Assembly: GCA_050951325.1 (NCBI GenBank)
Contig: JBMNIW010000012.1
Span: 544,001 to 608,000 of the forward strand
DNA: 64,000 bases
Reading direction: 5' to 3'
From: Clostridia bacterium
Lineage (GTDB): Bacteria; Bacillota; Clostridia; UBA1212; DUPL01
Of the stretch, positions 1 to 8,503 are shown one piece after another. The notes under the pieces are model-generated. The model was not told where the DNA came from. It ran no database searches and saw only the letters and a list, made by a program, of their open reading frames with translations. The translations under genes were made by a program, and so were the position numbers. Each line of letters begins with the position of its first letter. The first letter of the stretch is position 1.

Positions 1-642
1 GCGCTTTCCACATATATTGATGCTGCCAATATTTATCTTGCAAGATTCTGGGCAGTTACATCCCATAACGATTGGGAAGTTGCCATGAAATGCGGCGAAT
101 TGCCTGCCATTGTGACTCGTACAACTGAATCATCCCAGCAGTTTATAGCACTTTTATTCAATATATCGGAAACGAATCTGCCTCTTTTGAAAGAGTTTCC
201 CGTTCTTGTTCAGAACATGCTGACTTACACTATGCCCTCTTTGTTGGATGGCGATGTCAAGTTTGTATCTGGAGAGCATATAGAGATACGGGCGCTGCCA
301 AATGCGCAGAAGGTGGAAGTAACATCTCCCAAGAATGTAAAAACCACCGTTGCGCCTCCATTTCCACCAAGAGGATATGAGGCAACAGTGCCTGGACTGT
401 ATCATATAAGACAGGAAGTACGCAGAGGCGAGGATAACATAAAGGTTAATGAAGGTTACTTTACAGTATCAATTCCAGGCAACGAATCAGCATTGCTTTC
501 TAAAGGCCATTCCCTGGATATTGGAGAAAGTACCAATCAAAAAGTCAAGGGAGCGATTGAACTTTGGCCTTATTTACTACTCCTTGTGATTTTTATCGGA
601 ATGACGGAATGGTGGGTGTATTATCGTGGGAATCAGCTTTGA
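1..642 (+). CDS. C-terminal part of a BatA/vWA-associated membrane protein (5' truncated by window edge)
   Basis: Frame is open from base 1 into ORF 85..642. Ends in a TM segment LWPYLLLLVIFIGMTEWW typical of BatA/vWA operon proteins; overlaps the next vWA gene. Confidence 0.65.
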   Translation, partial: ALSTYIDAANIYLARFWAVTSHNDWEVAMKCGELPAIVTRTTESSQQFIALLFNISETNLPLLKEFPVLVQNMLTYTMPSLLDGDVKFVSGEHIEIRALPNAQKVEVTSPKNVKTTVAPPFPPRGYEATVPGLYHIRQEVRRGEDNIKVNEGYFTVSIPGNESALLSKGHSLDIGESTNQKVKGAIELWPYLLLLVIFIGMTEWWVYYRGNQL

Positions 643-3415
643 AAGACCTATGTTTCTTATATTGGCAATTCCTTTGCTTGCCTTTACGCTAATACCCTGG
701 TTCAAGCTTTCCAAAACAACCAGAAGAAGCGGAAAGCATGTTTTGTCCTTGACATTAAGGATAATCTGCATTGTTTTGACTACATTGCTTCTGTCAGGTT
801 TTATGACTGTAAAGCAGACAAAGAAGACCTCGGTTATAATTCTTGCAGACTTGTCCGACAGTACAAGACATGTAAGGCAGCAGATGAACAACTATGTCAG
901 GGATGCTGTGGAGCATGCAGACAAGGAGACCAGAATAGGTCTTATGACTTTTGGGTATGACACGGTATATGAGCTGCCATTGACCACGGATTTGAGATTT
1001 GTTTCTTTTGAGACATCCCCGCAGGGAAACCATACAAATCTGGCCAACGCAATAATTATGGCCAATGCCATGATGCCTTCTGATACCAATAGAAGAATAA
1101 TTATACTGACTGATGGAAAGCAAACCATAGGGGATGCCCTGGAAAGTGCAAGACAGGTGGCTGCACAGGGTGTAAGGATAGATGCTATTCTATTGGAAAC
1201 CGGAACTGTTGGCAAGGAAGTACAGGTTAATAAAATCAACCTGCCTGAAACCCTTTATGTAGGCGAAGAGTATGAACTTGTTGTTGAGATTGAAAGTAAT
1301 TATAAAGCGGATGCTGTATTAAGACTGTTTGATGAGCAGGAACTGAAGACTGTTCAGAACATAAGCCTACAGGAAGGCATCAACAAATTTGTGTTTACAG
1401 ATGTGGCAACCGCACCCGGTGTGAAGAACTACAGGGTTGAAATTGAAACAAAAGAGGACGATATATTAAGAAACAACAGAATGTACAGTTATATTAGGGT
1501 ATTGGGAACGCCCCGTCTTCTAATCATAGATGGTACGGGCAACGAATCCCATGAGTTTGTAAAAATTCTTGGGGATACTGCCAATTATGATGTCGTATCG
1601 CCTAGAATGGCGCCTACCACTTTGGAGAATCTGCGCAAGTATGAAAGTGTTGTAATGATGAATGTTAGCAAGTCCGATCTTCCACAGGGATTTGACGATA
1701 TGCTGGAGCAGTATGTACGTCAGCTGGGAAGAGGTCTCCTTACAGTTGGAGGAGATGAATCCTACGCTCTTGGAGGTTGGGCGGACAGTACTTTGGAAAA
1801 GATTCTACCTGTTAATGTATATCAGAGGGATGAAGGGGAAATCGCAAGTCTGGCCCTTGTAATCTTGATTGACAATTCCGGCAGTATGCAGTCAGGGCAC
1901 AACAGTCCTTTGGAACTTGCCAAGGAAGGTGCGGCAAGAGCAGTCAGATCTTTGAAAAACATAGACGAGGTTGGAGTTATTGCCTTTTCCGACAACGCAA
2001 AAAGAATTGTTGAAATGACCAGTGGGGAAGACAAGGATTATGTCATAAACAGGATTGCCAGGATACCTTCCGGAGGTGGAACCATGATGTATACTGCAAT
2101 GGAAATGGCGTATAACGATCTTGTAAATAGTGACAAGGCGGTAAAGCATGTAATTCTTCTGTCGGACGGTAATCCAGCAGACAAGGGTTTTGACAAAATT
2201 GCACAGATGATGAAAGAGAAAAACATTACATTAACCACCATTGCAATAGGAGGAAGTGCCAATGTTAATTTGCTTGCAAGCCTTGCACGCATTACTGAAG
2301 GGAGGATATATAAGGCGGTTAATGCAAAAGATCTACCTGATATAATGCTTCAGGAAACCTTCCTTGCCATGGGAGAATACCTTAACAACAAAACCTTTAT
2401 TCCATCATTGGTTCAGTCATCACCCGTTGTAAAAGGAATAACTTCTTTCACCCAGCTTCATGGCTATATTGGCACGGAGTTGAAAGATGCTGCCACACTG
2501 GTGCTTGCATCGGACGACGACAGACCAATTTACGCAGAGTGGCAGTATGGCCTTGGTTTTGTAGCCTCCTATACCAGCGATTTAAATGGCAAATGGTCCA
2601 AGACGCTGCTTGAGTGGGATAAGGGTCAGGACTTTATTCTAAACATGGTGTCCAGAATACTTCCTCAGGAAGAGGATCCGGACCTGGGCAGGGTTGAAAC
2701 ATCAAAGTCAGGGGACAAAGGGCATATCAAGGCTATTTTGAATACCGGTATTGAGGGTGGAGAGGACAATATAGAAACAATTGCCCAAGTCATCAGTCCA
2801 TCTGGCAAGGAAATAAATGTGCCGCTGACTCTTTCGGGTCTTGGAGTATATGAAGGAGACTTTGTACTGGAAGAAGAAGGCAACTACCTTATTAATGTTG
2901 TCCAGTACAAGGATGGAAAAGTTATTCTATCCAAGGAGTCTGCCATTGTATCTTCATACAGCGATGAATATGATGCTTTTCTAAAAAGTGGAGAGGTAAT
3001 AAATACAGTGGTAAGCAATGCCAATGGTGAGGTCTGGGACAATATACATGATATTTTAAAAATAAAACTTCTAGGTGCAAAGGAATATATAGGGTATACC
3101 TTGCCACTTTTGATTTTAATAATTATTATATTATTAATAGACATAACGATAAGAAGGCTTCAGTTTGGCAGTTTTATACGAGCTATAACTCAAAAATCCT
3201 CCGCAGGAGTTGAGATGGTTCGGGACGTTTACACAACCAGGGTAAAACCAAAAGTCTTCAAGCCTGAATCAGAAGAGAAACAAAAGGTTGCCAAGACTGA
3301 TAAGAAGGTCAAAGAGAAAAAGGATTTTGGGAAAGAAGCAGAAGAGAAAAAGCCAACCACCAGTGTCAGCTCGTTGCTGGAGGTCAAGGAAACAAAAGGC
3401 AGAAAGAAACTTTAA
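626..3415 (+). CDS. Membrane protein with two vWA domains and a glutamine-amidotransferase-like domain (MoxR/vWA operon type)
   Basis: MIDAS-like motifs DLSDS and DNSGSM, IILTDG/ILLSDG, N-terminal BatA-like TM, GGLLTVGG GATase-like motif, C-terminal TM. Confidence 0.85.
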   Translation: MGISFERPMFLILAIPLLAFTLIPWFKLSKTTRRSGKHVLSLTLRIICIVLTTLLLSGFMTVKQTKKTSVIILADLSDSTRHVRQQMNNYVRDAVEHADKETRIGLMTFGYDTVYELPLTTDLRFVSFETSPQGNHTNLANAIIMANAMMPSDTNRRIIILTDGKQTIGDALESARQVAAQGVRIDAILLETGTVGKEVQVNKINLPETLYVGEEYELVVEIESNYKADAVLRLFDEQELKTVQNISLQEGINKFVFTDVATAPGVKNYRVEIETKEDDILRNNRMYSYIRVLGTPRLLIIDGTGNESHEFVKILGDTANYDVVSPRMAPTTLENLRKYESVVMMNVSKSDLPQGFDDMLEQYVRQLGRGLLTVGGDESYALGGWADSTLEKILPVNVYQRDEGEIASLALVILIDNSGSMQSGHNSPLELAKEGAARAVRSLKNIDEVGVIAFSDNAKRIVEMTSGEDKDYVINRIARIPSGGGTMMYTAMEMAYNDLVNSDKAVKHVILLSDGNPADKGFDKIAQMMKEKNITLTTIAIGGSANVNLLASLARITEGRIYKAVNAKDLPDIMLQETFLAMGEYLNNKTFIPSLVQSSPVVKGITSFTQLHGYIGTELKDAATLVLASDDDRPIYAEWQYGLGFVASYTSDLNGKWSKTLLEWDKGQDFILNMVSRILPQEEDPDLGRVETSKSGDKGHIKAILNTGIEGGEDNIETIAQVISPSGKEINVPLTLSGLGVYEGDFVLEEEGNYLINVVQYKDGKVILSKESAIVSSYSDEYDAFLKSGEVINTVVSNANGEVWDNIHDILKIKLLGAKEYIGYTLPLLILIIIILLIDITIRRLQFGSFIRAITQKSSAGVEMVRDVYTTRVKPKVFKPESEEKQKVAKTDKKVKEKKDFGKEAEEKKPTTSVSSLLEVKETKGRKKL

Positions 3416-3539
3416 CAAAAAATAAATGGAAAATTTATTAAAACGGAAACTTTATTAATGCATGTGTTTAGGAAGTAAGTTATAATACGAGTAGAATGTA
3501 ATAATGTGATATTAACAACACATTGAGAGGAACCTATAA

Positions 3540-5012
3540 ATGACATTCAGACGTTTTGTATTGTATGCTATCCTGTTGATATTCATAGTTTTGCTGTTTA
3601 TCCTGATTCCAAGGACGGCTCCTTGGAAGGCAGGCTTAAGCCGTTTTAAGCCTGTAAGCATATCCTTTGCCTACTGCAGTACCAATGAGGATACGGAGGC
3701 GTTGATAAATGAAATGGTTGAAAGGTTTAACAGGTCTGTAGGAAAAGACGTAGGAATTGTTGTTGAAGCAAGGAATTACAAAAGCATAGATTATTACTCT
3801 AGTTTGGTCAGCGACTATATCGTAGGTGGCGTTACCAACGCAAAAATTAGTGACATAAACATGGTTAATTATGAAACCGCCTACCTTGCAAAGACAATGA
3901 ACAGGATAGCGTCAATAGACGATTATCTCGAAGCTGAGGAATTGTCTGAATTTATTACTGGTTACCTTGAAAGAGGAAGATATACATCCGACAGTAAAAG
4001 ATTTGTTTTTCCAATGAGCAATGATACCAAGATTATTTATGTTAACAATGTTCAGTGGGAAAGATTTAAAGAAGCAAATCCTGAATATGATGAGAGTGTA
4101 TTTGAAACCTGGGAAGACCTGGTTGAAGTATCCATGAGATATTATGACTGGACCGACAGCCTTACTCCTGATATCGAGGGAGACGGAAAGGCGTTTCTTG
4201 CATTTGATTCTCTGTCTGACTACATCTTTACAAGTTCCAACCAACTTATGAATTCCATTATACAGCCTGGCCACAAGGAGGTTAGGATAAACCTTGACAA
4301 GAGAGCCCTTTACAGGTTGTGGGAGCCAGTATACAAGGGTTTCATATATGGTGGGATATCAATTCAGAGAAGAGAAAACAAACCTGAACTTATGACGAAT
4401 GGCGAAATCGTCTGTTATATTGGTTCGACAAAAGACGTTGATGAGTTTCCATTGGCATTCATTTTCATGGATAAGGTTGGCGAAACCAAACTAAAAGTCT
4501 ACGACTTTCCTACCTTTAGAAATCAAAGAAAGGTTTCCCCAATGGAGGGAGAGGGAGTAATTGTATTAAAGTCGGATTCCAAAAAGGAGTTTGCCTGCTT
4601 CTTCTTTCTTGACTGGCTTGTCACGCAAAACGAGTATGTGCAGATGTGTTACAACGAAATGGTCATGCCGGTAAAACACGATTCTTTTTACAGCGAGTAT
4701 GCAACCACGCTTGTTGAGAATGGACTGAAAGCAAAAGAAGCCATGAAGAAGCACAGAGCAATAGTATTTGAAGCAGCTAGTCAACAGGTCTTGGAAGGCG
4801 AACCTTATGCGCCAGTGGCTTTTTCCAAAAGTCACATGTTTAAGCAGGAAGTTGAAGACAGTTTTTATGACAATGTGTTTGCAGGAATAATGGAAGTGGA
4901 TAGACTTATTGAAAAAGGTCATGATAGAAAGGTAAGCGTGGAGCAGGTACTCAGCAATGATCTTTTTGAAATATGGTTTCAGAGAGTAAAAAATATTGCA
5001 GAAAGATATTAG
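3540..5012 (+). CDS. Extracellular solute-binding protein (sugar-type ABC SBP family), N-terminal anchor
   Basis: N-terminal hydrophobic anchor; FETWEDL and FFFLDWL motifs typical of family-1 SBPs. Confidence 0.7.
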   Translation: MTFRRFVLYAILLIFIVLLFILIPRTAPWKAGLSRFKPVSISFAYCSTNEDTEALINEMVERFNRSVGKDVGIVVEARNYKSIDYYSSLVSDYIVGGVTNAKISDINMVNYETAYLAKTMNRIASIDDYLEAEELSEFITGYLERGRYTSDSKRFVFPMSNDTKIIYVNNVQWERFKEANPEYDESVFETWEDLVEVSMRYYDWTDSLTPDIEGDGKAFLAFDSLSDYIFTSSNQLMNSIIQPGHKEVRINLDKRALYRLWEPVYKGFIYGGISIQRRENKPELMTNGEIVCYIGSTKDVDEFPLAFIFMDKVGETKLKVYDFPTFRNQRKVSPMEGEGVIVLKSDSKKEFACFFFLDWLVTQNEYVQMCYNEMVMPVKHDSFYSEYATTLVENGLKAKEAMKKHRAIVFEAASQQVLEGEPYAPVAFSKSHMFKQEVEDSFYDNVFAGIMEVDRLIEKGHDRKVSVEQVLSNDLFEIWFQRVKNIAERY

Positions 5013-5055
5013 AAGGGTTAAAATTATTGAAAACTATTTTTTGGGAGGACGTTCA

Positions 5056-6465
5056 ATGATACGTTTTGGAACAGGCGGATGGCGCGCTATAATTGGAGAC
5101 GGCTTTACGAAAGAAAATGTGAGAATACTTTCACAGGCGATTTGTGAGGATATGAGGGAAGATACAAAAGGAATAGTTATTGGATATGATAGACGATTTT
5201 TATCAGACAGCGCCGCCAGATGGGCAGCTGAAGTTTTTGCAGGAAACAACATTAAAGTGCATTTTATAGACAGAGTATCCCCAACACCCATGGTTATGTT
5301 TGCTGTAAAGGAATTGGGGACAAGGTATGGAATGTCCATTACTGCAAGCCACAATCCTGCTGCGTACAACGGTATAAAGGTGTTTACCGAAGGAGGCAGA
5401 GATGCCGACAAGAGTGTTACGGACAAGCTTGAGAGAATAATGGCTGAGGGAATGGAAGTAAAGGCTTTTGATTTTGACAAGGCTTTGGCTCAGGGGCTTA
5501 TAGTTATAAATCACGGTATCTATAACATCTATATTGACAGCATCATCTCAATGATTAACATGGATGCGATAAGAAGCAAGAATTTAAGAGTTCTACTTGA
5601 CCCCATGTTTGGAGTAAGCAAGACATCCTTGCAGACAATTCTTATGACTGCAAGATGCGATGTGGATATAATTAACGACAGGCATGACACTCTTTTTGGA
5701 GGTAGACTGCCTTCTCCGTCCGCAGGCACTTTGACAAGGCTTTCAGAGCTTGTTGTGGAAAAGGGATATGATATTGGAATTGGTACTGATGGAGATGCGG
5801 ACAGAATAGGTATCATAGACGACAAGGGCAGGTTTATCCATCCCAATGAAATTCTCGTCCTGCTATACTACTACCTTATCAAATACAAGGGATGGAATGG
5901 CGATGCGGTAAGGAATATTGCCACCACCCATATCTTGGATAGGATTGCGGAAGATCATGGCTTTAAATGTCATGAGGTTAAGGTTGGTTTCAAGCACATA
6001 TCATCAAAGATGGAGGAAACCGATGCGTTAATCGGAGGAGAGTCCAGCGGCGGTCTTACCATAAAGGGACATATTAAAGGCAAGGATGGTATTTTTGCAG
6101 CTTCCCTGCTGGTTGAAATGATTTGCGTAACCGATAAAAAGCTATCTGAAATGCTTGATGAGATTTATGAGAAATATGGAAGAACATATATGAAGGAGTA
6201 TGACACCAAGTTTACAGAGGAAAAGAAGCAGTATCTTATTGATCTTTTGTTTGAACAAAAGAAGCTGCCAGATTTTAGAGGCAGACTTGGTTACAAGATT
6301 GAGAAAATTAGTTATCTGGATGGTGTCAAAGTATACTTTGCAAATGGCGGTTGGGTAATTGTAAGATTTAGTGGTACTGAGCCTTTGATAAGGGTGTTCT
6401 GCGAAATGGAAAATGAAAAGGATGCAACTGAAGTTATAGATTTGGTAAAAGAGTTTATAAAATAA
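5056..6465 (+). CDS. Phosphoglucomutase/phosphomannomutase
   Basis: FGTGGWR, ITASHNP phosphoserine motif, DGDADR metal loop, GGESSGG, RFSGTEP. GGAGG RBS precedes ATG 5056. Confidence 0.92.
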   Translation: MIRFGTGGWRAIIGDGFTKENVRILSQAICEDMREDTKGIVIGYDRRFLSDSAARWAAEVFAGNNIKVHFIDRVSPTPMVMFAVKELGTRYGMSITASHNPAAYNGIKVFTEGGRDADKSVTDKLERIMAEGMEVKAFDFDKALAQGLIVINHGIYNIYIDSIISMINMDAIRSKNLRVLLDPMFGVSKTSLQTILMTARCDVDIINDRHDTLFGGRLPSPSAGTLTRLSELVVEKGYDIGIGTDGDADRIGIIDDKGRFIHPNEILVLLYYYLIKYKGWNGDAVRNIATTHILDRIAEDHGFKCHEVKVGFKHISSKMEETDALIGGESSGGLTIKGHIKGKDGIFAASLLVEMICVTDKKLSEMLDEIYEKYGRTYMKEYDTKFTEEKKQYLIDLLFEQKKLPDFRGRLGYKIEKISYLDGVKVYFANGGWVIVRFSGTEPLIRVFCEMENEKDATEVIDLVKEFIK

Positions 6466-6469
6466 AAAG

Positions 6470-6490
6470 GCTGTCGCATATTGCGACAGC
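6470..6490. terminator. Hairpin between convergent genes (probable bidirectional terminator)
   Basis: GCTGTCGCA-TAT-TGCGACAGC inverted repeat with an adjacent A-run. Confidence 0.75.
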
Positions 6491-6494
6491 TTAG

Positions 6495-7265
6495 CTATCT
6501 TATATACTTGAAGGCTTCATCAAACACTTCCTTAAGCATCTTTAATTCATAATCCCTGTCTACGTAATCTTCCCTGACTTCAGTGTTTGTTTCGATAAAG
6601 GAATGCCTGAAATTGTTGTCAGCATTAAAGAACTGTATCGCTTCATCCGCATCTTTAAACTTTAATGCGCATTGGCTTACAAGAATGGTACTTTGTGTTT
6701 TTAGCACCTTGCTGCTTCCTTTTTGTACACTAAGCCATATCTTTGAGTTTTCAACTCCTTCTATTTCCATGGAATAGTTCTTCTTTGACGCGTCTTTCAG
6801 CCACTTGGTCACAACTTCATTACCTTCTTTTCTCAATTCATTCAATGCGCTGAAAATTGTGAAGAAATACATTTTTGCAATAAGTTGTTTCTCATCTTGT
6901 GTTGCTTTTTTGTTATGATAAAGTGATATTGTTTTTTTCAGAAGACTGTTAAATGAAAAAACTTGCAAAGGATTGAAAAATCCCTTTATCATGGGCATGC
7001 CCTTGTTTTCAAGACAGTATTTCGCCAGTTTGTTAATAGATGAAAAATGCAGTATACAGTCAGGCTTGCCTTCAAAAATACCATGTCTTGCAAACACTTC
7101 CTCGTCTTTTATTTCCAAATACATGCCGCTTAATTCTTTCTTGTTGTCAACCGTAATCTGATAAATTTTGTTTCCGCCCGTGTTTCCTAAACTTTCCGCT
7201 ACCAGCTGCATGTTTGGCAGCACAGCATAAAGCATTACAACTTTCTTAAACTTATCCAATGCCAT
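6495..7265 (-). CDS. Hypothetical protein (possibly SCP2-like fold, unconfirmed)
   Basis: Long ORF; GGAGG RBS precedes ATG at 7265 (MALDKFKK); directly downstream of pspC. Confidence 0.6.
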   Translation of the reverse strand: MALDKFKKVVMLYAVLPNMQLVAESLGNTGGNKIYQITVDNKKELSGMYLEIKDEEVFARHGIFEGKPDCILHFSSINKLAKYCLENKGMPMIKGFFNPLQVFSFNSLLKKTISLYHNKKATQDEKQLIAKMYFFTIFSALNELRKEGNEVVTKWLKDASKKNYSMEIEGVENSKIWLSVQKGSSKVLKTQSTILVSQCALKFKDADEAIQFFNADNNFRHSFIETNTEVREDYVDRDYELKMLKEVFDEAFKYIR

Positions 7266-7284
7266 AACCTCCTGATTATTGTAT

Positions 7285-7473
7285 TTATTCCTCCTCAGGA
7301 ATAACCAGGGCACAAATAATATAGATTAGAATTCCGGTTCCATACGCCAGTGTTAGAACTGCCCAAAGAAGTCTTACGATTGTAGGATCCAAATTCAAGT
7401 AGTCAGCAATACCTGAACATACCCCCGCAATCTTCCTGTCGTTTCTTTTTCTATATATCCTTTTCTGGCTCAT
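7285..7473 (-). CDS. pspC: PspC domain protein (copy 1)
   Basis: RKIAGVCSGIADYLNLDPTIVRL...YIICALVIPEE is the PspC signature. Confidence 0.9.
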   Translation of the reverse strand: MSQKRIYRKRNDRKIAGVCSGIADYLNLDPTIVRLLWAVLTLAYGTGILIYIICALVIPEEE

Positions 7474-7557
7474 AAGTTTCCCCTTTGAAGTTAATTTCCA
7501 AAAAAATTATATCACACAATTTTTATGCGAACAAGACGAGATAAACTTTCTCATAAT

Positions 7558-7592
7558 AAAAAAGCTGCACATTGTCTATTCACAATGTGCAG
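7558..7592 (-). terminator. Intrinsic terminator after surface-protein gene, copy 1
   Basis: CTGCACATTG-TCTATTCA-CAATGTGCAG followed by a T-run on the - strand. Confidence 0.75.
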
Positions 7593-7611
7593 TCTCTTTG
7601 AGGACAAATTG

Positions 7612-8247
7612 TTATTTTACTCTTCTTCTCTTTAAGGGTACAAAACCAGCCAATGTAAGTACAACCAGAGGAATCATACCCATGTCAGATGTTTCTGGAT
7701 TTTGCTTTGCTATAAACTTTATGCCAGTGATTACAAACCCTGGAGTGAAAGATGGATCAAGGTGATTTGCTACAAAAACCTCACCTTTGTAGTCTGAATC
7801 AAGGTCAAGAGTCAAATCCACTCTACCCTGCCATCCGCCGGATACACTGCCTTCAAACACATATTTTACAATTACTCCTGCATCCTCGTCACTTACTTGC
7901 TCGCCTCCTGCAGTTTGTAGGGCACCTTTGGTTGTAAAACCGAAAGCTGTATTTTTTTCATCGTAGTTTTCAGCACTTCCTCTTGCATATGTAACCACTA
8001 TGGCCTCATACTTGCTTAAATCAATTTCTCCGAGACTTGCATAAGCCCCAAAGTTACACATGGCAATGACATGCGTCTCGTCATAACCAGCAGCAGGCCA
8101 CAGTCCCAATGGTGAATTATTGTTGAAACCTGCCTTACCTTCGATTTGCGATATATCGATTACCAAATCCTCATTTGCCGATACACCCAAAGAAAGCAAG
8201 CTTAACATTAACGACAATGCTAACACAATAGCAAAAATCCTATTCAT
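7612..8247 (-). CDS. Secreted/cell-surface protein with sortase-like NPETSD motif, TM and basic tail (copy 1)
   Basis: Signal peptide ending VSA; beta-rich domain; NPETSD + hydrophobic segment + KRRRVK. Confidence 0.75.
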   Translation of the reverse strand: MNRIFAIVLALSLMLSLLSLGVSANEDLVIDISQIEGKAGFNNNSPLGLWPAAGYDETHVIAMCNFGAYASLGEIDLSKYEAIVVTYARGSAENYDEKNTAFGFTTKGALQTAGGEQVSDEDAGVIVKYVFEGSVSGGWQGRVDLTLDLDSDYKGEVFVANHLDPSFTPGFVITGIKFIAKQNPETSDMGMIPLVVLTLAGFVPLKRRRVK

Positions 8248-8278
8248 TTTTACACCTCCGATAATGTCTGATATGTTA

Positions 8279-8306
8279 ATTATATTACTTCTCAGTTTTA
8301 TGTCAA
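8279..8306 (-). promoter_or_regulatory. Sigma-A-type promoter for surface-protein gene copy 1
   Basis: TTGACA-16 nt-TATAAT on the - strand; copy 2 keeps TTGACT-16 nt-TATAAT at the equivalent position. Confidence 0.6.
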
Positions 8307-8503
8307 CATTAAATGGTACGATTTATTAATGTTTATTTACTACCAAGTCCAGAGTTAAATCCACTTTACACTAATTATATGATTGTTATTCTATTGTCAA
8401 CACAAACGAAGAATTAAATTATATTGCTGACGGAAAAAGTCAATAATATTAAACGGAAATTAACAAGACTATATGGAAAAATACTGTTAATATTATTATA
8501 ATA

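Larger units (their letters stand above)
7238..8503. repeat. Direct repeat copy 1 (1266 bp), left flank of IS1634
   Basis: Starts CAACTTTCTTAAACTTATCC and ends ...TATTATTATAATA; the same boundaries recur at 10436-11671. Confidence 0.9.
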
